Assembly (NCBI GenBank): GCA_049840735.1
Contig: JASGJN010000020.1
Span: 768,001-832,000 of the forward strand
Direction of reading: 5' to 3'
Length of the DNA stretch: 64,000 nt
Origin: Anaeromyxobacter sp.
GTDB taxonomy: Bacteria; Myxococcota; Myxococcia; Myxococcales; Anaeromyxobacteraceae
The notes under the pieces are model-generated. The model searched no databases. It worked only from the letters and a program-made list of their open reading frames with translations, and had not been told where the DNA came from. Within the stretch, counting starts at the first letter, position 1. Each line of letters begins with the position of its first letter. Made by a program: the position numbers and the translations under genes. Of the stretch, positions 53,387 through 64,000 are shown in pieces.

Positions 53387-54019
53387 GGAGCGTCGTCTCT
53401 CCTTGGTCTCGCTCACTCTGGACGCTGCGCTCCTGACTCCGAGAACGCTTCAGCTCATTCGAGAATGATGCGGAAGTCTTTGCCCGCTGTCGAGATCTCG
53501 CCTGCTCCGCGGGAGTGGAGTTTCGACACCAACGTTAGGCCCTGCCACTCCACTTTCGAACTGTGCCGCTGAAATGTGATCGAGGCGACCGGTACTGCTG
53601 CGAGTGCCAGGCCGCCGCACGGGTTAGCTGCATCCGCGCCGCTCGCCTGTGCCACCGCAGGTCCGCGAAATGACGGGCGGATCAGCGGGGCGTCGGCGAT
53701 CGCCGCGCCCGCCGCCGCTGGACACGCCTATCGCTCACATACGCGGTGTCGGCTTCCTCGCCACCTGCAGCAGCGCCTTCGTCTACGCAACGGTGGACGG
53801 CGGTCCGGCGGCGTGGATTAGGCCTTACAGCGGGTCACCGCGGCCGGCTGGCGCGTTACGATGGACACCGCCTCCGCAGTGCCTCGCGGCGGCGCGTTGC
53901 TCATTTTCAAGGCCAACCGCCGGGGGGCCTCGGAGCAATGCACCCGAGTGATCAACGCTCCAGGGCGGCGTCGTTCCTCGCCCGCCCGCGACCACGAGCG
54001 ACGACTAAGAAACCTCTCA

Positions 54020-54262
54020 CTAGATGTAAGTGAGGATCAGGATATCGTCCGGGTCCCAGTGCGCCAGCACGGAGTTCTCTCGAGCGAGTTGCTGCCGCGT
54101 CTTCGCGCCCGAGGCGATCGCTGCCTCGTCCCGCGCCTTGTCCTGAGCCTTCGCGGCGCGGAAGGGCGTCATCGGGCGCGAGGGACCCACGCGACGGCCC
54201 CAGCACGACCAGTCATCTGGAGCAGTAGGGGCCCGCGTGTCGCGGGGTTTCCGGTACGCCAT
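54020..54262 (-). CDS. Small hypothetical protein
   Basis: 80-codon ORF downstream of the XRE gene. Confidence 0.4.
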   Translation of the reverse strand: MAYRKPRDTRAPTAPDDWSCWGRRVGPSRPMTPFRAAKAQDKARDEAAIASGAKTRQQLARENSVLAHWDPDDILILTYI

Positions 54263-54330
54263 GGTTGATACGTACCACCGGCAAACTCTGCGCGCCACCA
54301 CCCCCGGAACGCCTCGCCGGCTGCGGGCGC

Positions 54331-54570
54331 CTACCTGGACCGCTCCTGCGGACCCCCGAGCAGCTCCCAGAGGTCCACCCCGATCGCCGCGCTGACCCTC
54401 AGCAGCGTCCGGATGGTCGGGTTGACGGCCCCCTGCTCCAGCCGCTGGTACCGTTTGTAGTCGATGCCGCTGCTTGCGGCGACGGCCTCTTGCGTGAGGT
54501 CCGCCCGCACTCGCGCCGCGCGGATGCGCCGCCCGACTTCCTTGAGGGCCTTCGTCTCGGTGGTCGGCAT
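54331..54570 (-). CDS. XRE-family HTH regulator
   Basis: VGRRIRAAR...LTQEAVAASSGIDYKRYQRLEQG..NPTIRTLLRVS. Confidence 0.88.
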   Translation of the reverse strand: MPTTETKALKEVGRRIRAARVRADLTQEAVAASSGIDYKRYQRLEQGAVNPTIRTLLRVSAAIGVDLWELLGGPQERSR

Positions 54571-54591
54571 GCGCCGCCGAGAATCGATGGC

Positions 54592-54626
54592 TTGGGAAGA
54601 TCAGGACACCGCACTATAATACGGTG
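54592..54626 (+). promoter_or_regulatory. Sigma-70 promoter divergent from XRE, with an IR around the -10
   Basis: TTGGGA-17nt-TATAAT; CACCG...CGGTG flanks the -10; ATG at 54629. Confidence 0.6.
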
Positions 54627-54628
54627 CC

Positions 54629-55160
54629 ATGTTCGAATCCGCCCGCGAGTTCTACGAAGCCGACCCGACCGTTCGCACCGTCCGGCTTGGACATTCCCGC
54701 ATCGTCATCCCCGCCGTGAAGCCAGTGAGCGAGGATCTCCCTGACCCGGGATCCCAGCCTTCGCATGTACAACGGCGACCTCATCCGATGCGTCACTGTG
54801 GCCGCCTGGTGTGGCAACGCCGCGGCCCTGCGGGCCCACGACGAGTGGGAGCGAACGATCACGCGCGAGCGCCTGGGTCCCGAGGCCGATCCGCTCCTCG
54901 GCTGGCACGAGCTAGGTTCCCTGGCTCCTGGTGGAGCGGCGCTCGAGGAGTTCGACTTCAGTGCGTGCAACCACTGGATCATCGCCGAGGCGATCCGCGG
55001 CCAGTTCTGGTGGAGGGCCGTCGAGCGGGCGGAGTGGTTTCCGGCGGCTCGAGCGTGCCTGGAGTCAATGAAGGCCCCGCGGCCGATGCCCCGGTCGAGG
55101 CACCGGAGCCGCACAGGTCGACGTCGCCCGGGCGGCGACCGTCGCGACAGGGCACGGTAG
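54629..55160 (+). CDS. Hypothetical protein (apparent frameshift near 54740)
   Basis: MFESAREFYEAD... joins ...RMYNGDLIRC...IIAEAIRGQFWW after a 1-nt shift. Confidence 0.5.
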
Positions 55161-55615
55161 CACCGGGCACTCGACTGAAACCGCTTCTCAGCGTTGCCGG
55201 GCGCGTGGCCACCGTCCCGGCCAAGCGACCTCCCCTGCCTTCCTCACGATCTCCCGCGACTCCCCCGTCCCTGGCTCAGTCTTCCGCCTACCCGACTGGC
55301 CTGGGGCCTCCTCACTCTCCACGCCTGACCCGGCCCCGAACTCGTCGCCTGTCTTCAGCTTAGCCACCCCGGCCTTCATCCAAGCACCCGACCACCTCGG
55401 CCCAGCCTTTCTTCCCTTCTTCCTCCCTCTCCCCTCCGACTTCCACAGGCATCCCCTGCTCGCGCCCCAACCCTGCAACTTCCATTTTCTGACACTCCCA
55501 ACACCACCCTCATCCTCCCCCTTCTCCCCTTCTCGTCATCCATCTCTCCACTACCTCACTCCTCATCCATCCTCCAATCCGACCTTCCCTCCGCTTCCTC
55601 CTGTTTCACTCACCA

Positions 55616-55676
55616 CTCACCCCGCTCCGACCCCTTACTCCAAGTCGTCGGGAGTGAGGGGTCGGAGCGGGGTGAG
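55616..55676. repeat. 26-bp inverted repeat with 9-nt loop
   Basis: CTCACCCCGCTCCGACCCCTTACTCC / GGAGTGAGGGGTCGGAGCGGGGTGAG, 25 of 26 Watson-Crick plus one U-G. Confidence 0.9.
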
Positions 55677-56291
55677 CCATTTCGTGCGCTTATCGCAAGT
55701 CCCGGCATGAGCAGGAACGTCGTGTGTTCTTCAGCGTTTCCCTCATCTGGCCGTCACCCTCGGTGACGCTCAGGGTGCCTACACCCCTGGCAATCCGAAT
55801 CGCCAGGGCTGTAGGCAGGCAAACGCATCCCGCAGTTGCCTGGCGTTCTGCCTGCCTACACCCCCGTTCGACGCAGAGGACGGAGCGCCGGCGGCGAGTT
55901 CGCCGCTTGCGCAACCTCGGTCGAACTTGTCGAGGCAGGCGCGGCGGAGTTCCCATTCTGTGCGCCCATGACTGGTCCCACGCCTCCCTGAACCTCGCAA
56001 TCAACCAACCACCTCTCGCTGCGGTTGATTGCGCTCGCGGGCTGGTCATGCCACGCGGGCTGGCCCGGGCCGGTGCGCGCCGAGTCCGCACCACCACCGA
56101 GCATCTGGGCCACTCCGTGGCTGCGCCCCAGCGGGTTGCGGTGGCCGCCATCCCCGGGTTGACTGCGCTCCACCTTGCCCTGGGTTCGCGAGGACCCGAT
56201 TTGTATTCTATTTGCACTACATTGAGATCACGATTGCGTGTCTCACTAACAACGATTTGACCTTTTCTGAGCCCCCGGGCAGGATGAACCG

Positions 56292-56794
56292 ATGCCCTCG
56301 GCGCGCTCCCAGCGATCCAGAAGGCGTGGCACGCCCGCAGAGACGAGCGACTCGCTCCAGCTCGCGCTGCCCGGGCTGACTGGCGTGGAGCCGGGTTCTC
56401 CCGCCCCCGGAGAAAGCACTCGGCCGGAGGATCCGCCCTACCCCGAGCCTCGACGCCAGCCGGTGACCGCACCCCAGGAGCGCGAGACGTCTGTCGCCGC
56501 TCCATGCGCGATGAAGCAAGCGCCCTCTCGCGAAGCGCCCAGCACGCGAGAGGAGCGCCTTGCACCCCCTGCCGCGGAGCAAACGCCCGCCCCGCCTTCC
56601 AAGCAACCCCCGCGCCGCGAACACAGTCTTGAGGTCCGCGTCGATCGCACCGGCTCCGACTCCTCGATACGCCGCATCACGAACCAGTACGTGGACCGCG
56701 CCGCCAGGATCGCCGCCAAGCTCTATCTGGAGGACCGGCTCCCGCCGCTCACCGGAGTCGGGCCCATCAACCCTGCCCTCCTGGGGAAGAAGCC

Positions 56795-56798
<4 letters not shown>
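56292..56798 (+). CDS. Small protein coupled to the recombinase (possible directionality factor; start uncertain)
   Basis: GTGA stop/start overlap with the recombinase; only the C-terminal ~60 aa look globular. Confidence 0.4.
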
Positions 56799-58520
<1,722 letters not shown>

Positions 58521-58626
58521 GGTGGGAAAGTCGTTGAAGCGAGGCGGACTTCTACCGGTGACCCCGCCTTGGGTCAAGCAGTTTCTCGCGTTCGCCCGTG
58601 GGGGCGGGTGAGCGCCTGGCTGGGAC

Positions 58627-59466
58627 TCACGAACGCGCACGGAGGACGGCTCCGGGCACCAGCAGCACCGCCGCCAAGGCCACCATGGTGGCGCCGGTGG
58701 GGAGCTCCCACAGCCAGCTCAGCACGTACCCTCCGCCTGCGGCGACGAGGCCGATGATGGTCGCGATCAGGAAGGCGGCCTTGAACGACGCCCGGCCGAG
58801 CAGGGCTGCGCCGGCGGGCAGGGTCAGGAAGGCGAACACGGGGAGCGCGCCGAGGGCCCTGGCGGTCACGGGGATGGCCAGGCCGATGGTCAGGAAGAGC
58901 AGCGCGTCCCAAAAGCCCACGGACATCCCCAGGGCGCGGGCGGTCTCGGGGTCGAAAGACACGAAGGCCAGCTCCTTCGTGAACACCAGATGCACGGCCA
59001 GGCAGAGCGCGGCCACCACGGCGATCACGGCCAGGTCGCCGGCGGGCACGGCCACGGCGTTCCCGAACACCATGCCGCCGAGGTCGTGCGCGGCGTGGAC
59101 GAGCTGGCTCACGCCCAGCACCACCAGCGCGGACGCGGTGATCCAGACGGCGCCGACGGCGGCCTCGGCGGGGATGCGCCGCGAGCGGAACGCGCCCAGC
59201 AGGAGCGCCCCCACAACCGAGAAGGCGATGGCCACGGCCAGCTGCTCGGAGGCGTGCTCGGTCTGGACGTGGAACCGCTCCTCCACCAGCAGCGTGCTCA
59301 CCAGCCCCAGGGTCGAGAGCTGCGTCAGCGCCGCCGAGACGAACACGGTCCGGCGCAGCACCACGTAGACGCCCAGCGCGCCCAGCAGCGCGCCGGACAG
59401 CACCGAGGCGGCGAGCGGGACCTCCCAGATGTCGCGCGCCTCGAGGAACCCTTGCAGCGCGCTCAC
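58627..59466 (-). CDS. Zn/Mn ABC transporter permease
   Basis: LGVYVVLRR..F, SFDPETARALG, LGALPVFAFLTLP, LPTGATMV. Confidence 0.88.
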   Translation of the reverse strand: MSALQGFLEARDIWEVPLAASVLSGALLGALGVYVVLRRTVFVSAALTQLSTLGLVSTLLVEERFHVQTEHASEQLAVAIAFSVVGALLLGAFRSRRIPAEAAVGAVWITASALVVLGVSQLVHAAHDLGGMVFGNAVAVPAGDLAVIAVVAALCLAVHLVFTKELAFVSFDPETARALGMSVGFWDALLFLTIGLAIPVTARALGALPVFAFLTLPAGAALLGRASFKAAFLIATIIGLVAAGGGYVLSWLWELPTGATMVALAAVLLVPGAVLRARS

Positions 59467-60242
59467 GGCCGCACCTCCCCGTCGGTCGGGTACACGAGCC
59501 TGCGCCCGTCCAGCTCGCGCACGGCCACGGACCGCCCGTAGAGCGCGCCCAGCGCGGCGGGCTGGAGCATCTCGTCCAGCGGCCCCACCTTGAAGAGCGC
59601 CTTGTCCTTGTCCACGAACGCCAGCGTGCGGGCGTAGTTGGCCACCGCCTCGAGCCGGTGCGAGACCATCACGATGGCCAGCTCGCCGCCCTGGTGGATC
59701 TGGCGGAGCAGGTCCATGGTGGCCAGCTCGGCGGCGGGGTCCATGCCGTTGGTGGGCTCGTCCAGCACCAGCAGCTCCGGCCTGGCCGCCAGCGCCCGCG
59801 CGATCAGCGTCCGCTGCCGCTGGCCGCCGGAGAGCTCGCCGTAGGGGTGATCGTGCAGGTGCGCGATGCCGACCCGCTCCAGCGCCTGCCGCACGGCGGC
59901 GCGGTCCTCGGCGCCGGGGCGCCGCCAGGGCCCGAGCCCGGGCACGCGGCCCATCAGCGCCACCTCCCCGGCGCGGAAGGGCCAGATGGCGTCCACGTGC
60001 TCGCGCTGCGGCACATAGCCGATGCGCAGCCCGCGCCGCAGCCGCCGCTGCCCGGAGACGAGCGGCAGCGCGCCCAGCGCGGTCCGGACCAGGGTGGTCT
60101 TCCCGCCGCCGTTGGGCCCGACCACGGCCAGGAAGTCGCCGGGCAGCACGGCCAGCGCCACGCCGGACAGCAGCGGCCGGCGGCCGTAGCCCACCGCGGC
60201 CGCGGACAGCTCCACCAGCGGCTCGCCTGCGGCCCCGCTCAT
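59463..60242 (-). CDS. Zn/Mn ABC transporter ATP-binding protein
   Basis: GPNGGGKT, IGYVPQ, LSGGQRQR, LDEPT. Confidence 0.9.
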   Translation of the reverse strand: MSGAAGEPLVELSAAAVGYGRRPLLSGVALAVLPGDFLAVVGPNGGGKTTLVRTALGALPLVSGQRRLRRGLRIGYVPQREHVDAIWPFRAGEVALMGRVPGLGPWRRPGAEDRAAVRQALERVGIAHLHDHPYGELSGGQRQRTLIARALAARPELLVLDEPTNGMDPAAELATMDLLRQIHQGGELAIVMVSHRLEAVANYARTLAFVDKDKALFKVGPLDEMLQPAALGALYGRSVAVRELDGRRLVYPTDGEVRP

Positions 60243-61174
60243 CGCAGCGCCCCGGTGATGCGGGTCACCAGCGCGTCGAGGTACTTCGGGTAGTCGGTGA
60301 TCCCCGGCTCGCCGCCCACGTCGCCGGGGATCTGCACCACCTTGGCGCCGGAGTGGCGCGCCACCACCTCGGACGACCGCGTGTCATAGTAGTTCTCCAC
60401 CACGATGGCCTTCACGCCCTTCTGCTGCGCCAGCTGCACCAGCTCGGCCAGGTGGCTGGGCGGCGGCGGCGTGCCGGGGCGGGGCTCCAGCTCGCCCGCG
60501 GAGACCAGCCCGGACCAGTCGAGGAAGTACGTCAGCGTCCGGTGCTGCGAGTAGATGGCCTTGCCGCGCACCGCCGCCAGCGCGGCCCCCCAGCGCGCCT
60601 GGTCGGCCTGGAGCGCCTTCCGGAAGGCGGCCAGGTTGGCCTGGTAGGCGGCCGCGCCGCCCGGATCGAGCTGGGAGAGCTTCTGCGCCAGGGCTGCCGC
60701 CACCTCCAGCCCGCGGCGCGGGTCGTCCAGGTAGTGCGGGTTGCCGGCCGGGTGCAGGTCGCCGCTGGAGCGGTCCACGGGGCCGGTGGGCACGTCCAGC
60801 ACCTGGATGGCCTGGGCCGCGGTGAGCCGGCGCTTGCCGCCGGGCTGGATCTCGCCGTTGCGCGACTGGGTCACGAGCGGCGGCAGCCAGCCAATCTCCA
60901 GGTCCAGCCCGATGTCCACCAGCAGCTCGGCGTTGCGCAGCTTCACCGCCAGCATGGGGTTGGCGTCCACGAAGTGCGGGTCCTGAACGCCCTTCGACAG
61001 GCTCTCGACGGAGACGCGGTCACCGCCCACGGCGCGGGCCAGGCTGGCCAGCCCCTCGGTGGTGGTGACCACGCGCAGCGCCGCGGCGGCGCGCGAGGGG
61101 ACGGCCAGGGCCAGGGCCGCCAGCAGCGCGGCGGCGGCGAGGCGGCGGAACGAAGACGTCTTTGGGCAGCTCAT
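60239..61174 (-). CDS. Zn/Mn ABC transporter substrate-binding protein
   Basis: QDPHF, GLDLEIGWL, GDLHPAGNPHY, EPRPG.PP. Confidence 0.9.
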   Translation of the reverse strand: MSCPKTSSFRRLAAAALLAALALAVPSRAAAALRVVTTTEGLASLARAVGGDRVSVESLSKGVQDPHFVDANPMLAVKLRNAELLVDIGLDLEIGWLPPLVTQSRNGEIQPGGKRRLTAAQAIQVLDVPTGPVDRSSGDLHPAGNPHYLDDPRRGLEVAAALAQKLSQLDPGGAAAYQANLAAFRKALQADQARWGAALAAVRGKAIYSQHRTLTYFLDWSGLVSAGELEPRPGTPPPPSHLAELVQLAQQKGVKAIVVENYYDTRSSEVVARHSGAKVVQIPGDVGGEPGITDYPKYLDALVTRITGALR

Positions 61175-61183
61175 GTGCGCCTC

Positions 61184-62419
61184 CTAGAACGGGTGGGCGC
61201 CGTGCGCGCCCATGATGAACTCGAAGCCCAGCAGCCCTTCGACGCCGCCCTCTCCGCCGGGCAGCCAGTCCTGCGAGACCTGCAGCCGCAGCCGCATGAA
61301 CTCGGACGCGAACCAGCTCCCGACCACGCCGGCGCGCCGCTCGGTGCCGGCCTCCCCCTCCCCGGCCGCCGGCGCCTCCTCGTAGCGGAGGCCGGCGCCC
61401 CACCAGGCGTTCGGGCGCCAGGAGCCCTCGGCCCACCACCCGTGCTCGGTCCCGTTCCCCTCGGCCAGGCCGCGGAAGCGGCGCAGGTACACCTCCGACT
61501 CCAGCGTGACGTAGCCGCGGCCCGCGATGGGCCGGTACTTCACCATCAGGTCGGCGCCGCCCAAATCGCGGTGGCCCCCGCCGGGCTCGGCCCGCAGCGC
61601 GCCGGAGAACCCCAGGCCGACGGTGGTGGCTTCGCCCAGCGAGGCGTACTGGAGGAGCCGCGCCGCGCCAGTCAGCTCCGCCGCGTCCTCCTCGGTGGGC
61701 TGGGTGTCCTGCGCGGCCAGGTGCAGCTCGGCGAACCAGGGCACGGGCGCGAGCCAGGCCAGGGCCACGCCGGGACCGGAGAGCGACTCCTCGGCCAGGA
61801 GCCGGTGCTGCGCCAGCGGCGCGTCCACGAAGCGCCAGGCGTGCGGGTGGCTCTGGTTGAACCGGCCGAACGGGGTGAAGAACTTGCCGGCGCGCAGCTG
61901 CAGGCCGGCGGGGAGCGAGAGCGTGGTGGCGTAGGCCTCCTCCACCTCCGCGCCCTCCGGGGTGAAGGCCACGAACACGTCGGCCCGCACGTACGGGTCC
62001 ACCACGGCCCGCAGCCCCAGCTCCACCTCCTGGAACAGGAAGGTGGGCCGGTCCTCCTGCCCGTAGGGGCCGGGCCTGGGGGAGAGCGCCTCGACGTCGT
62101 AGCCGTCCCACGCGGCCGCGAAGCTGCCGATGGCGGAGAGGTCGGGCATGAGCAGCAGGCGCGCCAGCGGGTTGCCGCCGGTCGTGCCGGCGGCGGGGGC
62201 CTGTGCGGTGCCGGCGGGAGCGGCGGGAGCGGACGGGGCCGGGGATGTGCCCAGCTCCTTGGCGATCTCGGCCTCGAGGCGGGCCTTCTCGGCGTCGGAC
62301 TGGGCCTGCGGGCCGGCGGGGGTGGACGGGGCGGCGGCCGCGCCGGACTGGGCGCGGGAGAGGGACGGAACGGCGGCGAGGGTGGCCACGAGGACCACGA
62401 CCATGGGTGAAGACGTCAC
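61184..62419 (-). CDS. Outer-membrane beta-barrel protein of metal-uptake loci
   Basis: Signal peptide, QEVELG...VDPY, FGRFNQSHPHAW, SEF.RLRLQ, terminal GAHGAHPF. Confidence 0.75.
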   Translation of the reverse strand: MTSSPMVVVLVATLAAVPSLSRAQSGAAAAPSTPAGPQAQSDAEKARLEAEIAKELGTSPAPSAPAAPAGTAQAPAAGTTGGNPLARLLLMPDLSAIGSFAAAWDGYDVEALSPRPGPYGQEDRPTFLFQEVELGLRAVVDPYVRADVFVAFTPEGAEVEEAYATTLSLPAGLQLRAGKFFTPFGRFNQSHPHAWRFVDAPLAQHRLLAEESLSGPGVALAWLAPVPWFAELHLAAQDTQPTEEDAAELTGAARLLQYASLGEATTVGLGFSGALRAEPGGGHRDLGGADLMVKYRPIAGRGYVTLESEVYLRRFRGLAEGNGTEHGWWAEGSWRPNAWWGAGLRYEEAPAAGEGEAGTERRAGVVGSWFASEFMRLRLQVSQDWLPGGEGGVEGLLGFEFIMGAHGAHPF

Positions 62420-62584
62420 GGACGACCTCCGGCGCGCACGCAGGCGCGCCCAGCAGCGATGGGCAACGAGCAGGGGCGCGCGACGAGCGCGCCCGCCACG
62501 AGCCGCCAAACGGCACCTGCCCTTCGACTTCGCCCCGACTTGCGTCGGGGCTACGCTCAGGGCGAACGGGTGGTGGCGGTTCCG

Positions 62585-62845
62585 CTAGCTGCTGATGGGA
62601 GGCGACTGCCCCGGGATGGCGCCCAGCGGCGCGCCGGTGACCGGCGAGGCGGCGGGGACGGCCACCTCGCGCTCCGGCCAGGCCGTGGGCGGGGCGACGT
62701 CGGGGGTGCTGCTGGTGGCCACGTCCGAGCTGCCGGCCACGCAGACGGCGCACCCGTGGGTGCCCGCGGGGCCGGAGTGGACGTGGGGCGCCGCCGCCGT
62801 CAGGGCGAGGAAGACCGCGAGGCCGGCGGCGAGCAGCGCGCGCAT
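62585..62845 (-). CDS. Small exported His/CxxC peptide (DUF2946-like upstream ORF)
   Basis: Signal-like N-terminus, PHVH, HGCAVC, Pro-rich spacer, C-terminal GQSPP. Confidence 0.6.
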   Translation of the reverse strand: MRALLAAGLAVFLALTAAAPHVHSGPAGTHGCAVCVAGSSDVATSSTPDVAPPTAWPEREVAVPAASPVTGAPLGAIPGQSPPISS

Positions 62846-62940
62846 CGGCTGGAGTAGTGATCCTCGGCCGGGCCGATGTCAACGCGAAGTCGGTGCGGCT
62901 CCCTGCCCGGGGCCGCGCGGCCCCCCCGCCCCTTCCGCAC

Positions 62941-64000
62941 CTACCCCAGCACACCCGCCGCGCGCAGCGCCGCGATCTCCGCCTCGGTGAACCCGGCCTC
63001 GGCCAGGACCTCGGCGCCGTGCGCGCCCAGCTGCGGCGCGGGCCGGCGCGGCGCGGTGAGGCCACGCAGGCGCACCGGGGAGGCGACGCCGGGGATGGCC
63101 CGCCCCTCCCACGGCGTCTCCACCTCCAGGAACGCGCCGCGCGCGCGGAGCTGCGGATCGGCCCGCGGCTCGTCGCCCTCCAGCACCGGCGAGAGGCAGA
63201 CGTCGTGCTCGGCGGCGAAGGCCGCCCACTCCGCCCGCGTGCGCGCCGCGAAGATGGCCTCGAGCTCCGCGCGCGGCCCGGCGCCGCCCTCGTCCAGCTG
63301 CCGCTCCGCCAGCTCCGGCCGCCCCACCGCCCGGCAGAAGGCGGCGAAGAACTTGGGCTCGAGCGCGGCCAGGGCCACGAAGCGGCCGTCGCGGGTCGGG
63401 TAGACGCCGTAGCAGGCGGCCCCGCCGCCCAGCAGCTCGGCCCCGCGCCGCAGCGGCGCCTCGCGCGCCCAGGCCATGGCCAGCGGCATGGCCAGCAGCG
63501 CCAGCGCCCCCTCGGTCATGGAGACGTCCACGTGCGCGCCCTGCCCGCTCGCGGCCCGCCCCACCAGCGCCGCAAGCACCCCGGCCACCGCGGGCCACGC
63601 GCCGCCGGCCAGGTCGGCGGCCTGTACGCCGGGCGGCACCGGCGCCGCCGGGGGGCCGTTGAGCGCCAGCGCGCCGGCCAGCGCCATGTAGTTGAGGTCG
63701 TGGCCGGCCCGGCCGGCGGCGGGGCCGTCCTGGCCGTGGCCGGAGATGGAGCAGAGCACCAGGCGCGGCTGGCGCGCGTGGAGCGCCTCCCACCCGCAGC
63801 CGAGCCGGTCCAGCACGCCGGGCCGGAACGACTCCATCACCGCGTCGGCGGAGGCCGCCAGCCGCAGGAAGGCGTCGCGCCCCTCCGGCCGCGCCAGGTC
63901 CAGCGCCAGCGAGCGCTTGTTGCGGTTGAGGGCGTGGAACGCAGCGGACTGCTCGGCCAGGAGCGGCGGCGTCCAGCGCAGCCAGTCGCCGCCGCGCGGA
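62941..64000 (-). CDS. CaiB/BaiF family III CoA-transferase (5' end outside window)
   Basis: NRNKRS, ESFRPGV, CSISG.GQ.GP, GHDLNY, ALEPKF, APQLGAH. Confidence 0.92.
   Translation of the reverse strand, partial: PRGGDWLRWTPPLLAEQSAAFHALNRNKRSLALDLARPEGRDAFLRLAASADAVMESFRPGVLDRLGCGWEALHARQPRLVLCSISGHGQDGPAAGRAGHDLNYMALAGALALNGPPAAPVPPGVQAADLAGGAWPAVAGVLAALVGRAASGQGAHVDVSMTEGALALLAMPLAMAWAREAPLRRGAELLGGGAACYGVYPTRDGRFVALAALEPKFFAAFCRAVGRPELAERQLDEGGAGPRAELEAIFAARTRAEWAAFAAEHDVCLSPVLEGDEPRADPQLRARGAFLEVETPWEGRAIPGVASPVRLRGLTAPRRPAPQLGAHGAEVLAEAGFTEAEIAALRAAGVLG

Noticed and set aside
53420..54010. Short ORFs upstream of the GrpE-like gene
   Set aside because: No motifs, RBS or consistent codon bias visible; treated as promoter region or decayed DNA.
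990..54740. Numerous frameshifts (PKS, OmpA-like, gguB, caspase, DUF3806-like, TPR, qatD, AAA) as pseudogenisation or programmed frameshifting
   Set aside because: They are single-base shifts scattered through otherwise intact genes, including compensating pairs, with no slippery-site pattern. Assembly indel errors are the simplest explanation; reads would be needed to decide.

Overview
Very GC-rich, myxobacterial-type (Anaeromyxobacter-like; inferred from gene content and codon style) chromosomal window. Left part (1-28.2 kb): the 3' end of an unusual iterative type I PKS/Pfa-like cluster with a PPTase, a ChvE/GguAB-type sugar ABC operon, and an ExbB-ExbD-TonB-receptor locus linked to an ECF sigma factor, an anti-sigma-like protein and an exported caspase-family protease. 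Middle (about 28.3-58.5 kb): an accessory defence hotspot at the 3' end of an initiator tRNA-Met gene (58441-58517, minus strand). The 13-bp tRNA 3'-end core TGGTTGCGGGGGC recurs at 30918, 35530, 39973 and 58441. It delimits three tandem serine-recombinase elements, and only the tRNA-proximal one keeps an intact recombinase. Cargo: two AbiE-like type IV TA pairs, a HigBA-like remnant, small orphan genes separated by a second ~65-bp repeat family, a complete qatABCD anti-phage system, and a five-gene GrpE-like/Hsp70/AAA+/J-like/membrane-protein operon, which is the best candidate for an undescribed system. Right part: a Zn/Mn ABC uptake operon with a CxxC/xPP upstream peptide and a partial CoA-transferase. 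Many single-base frameshifts, including in housekeeping-type genes, suggest assembly indel errors. All calls come from motif recognition by eye; no searches were run.
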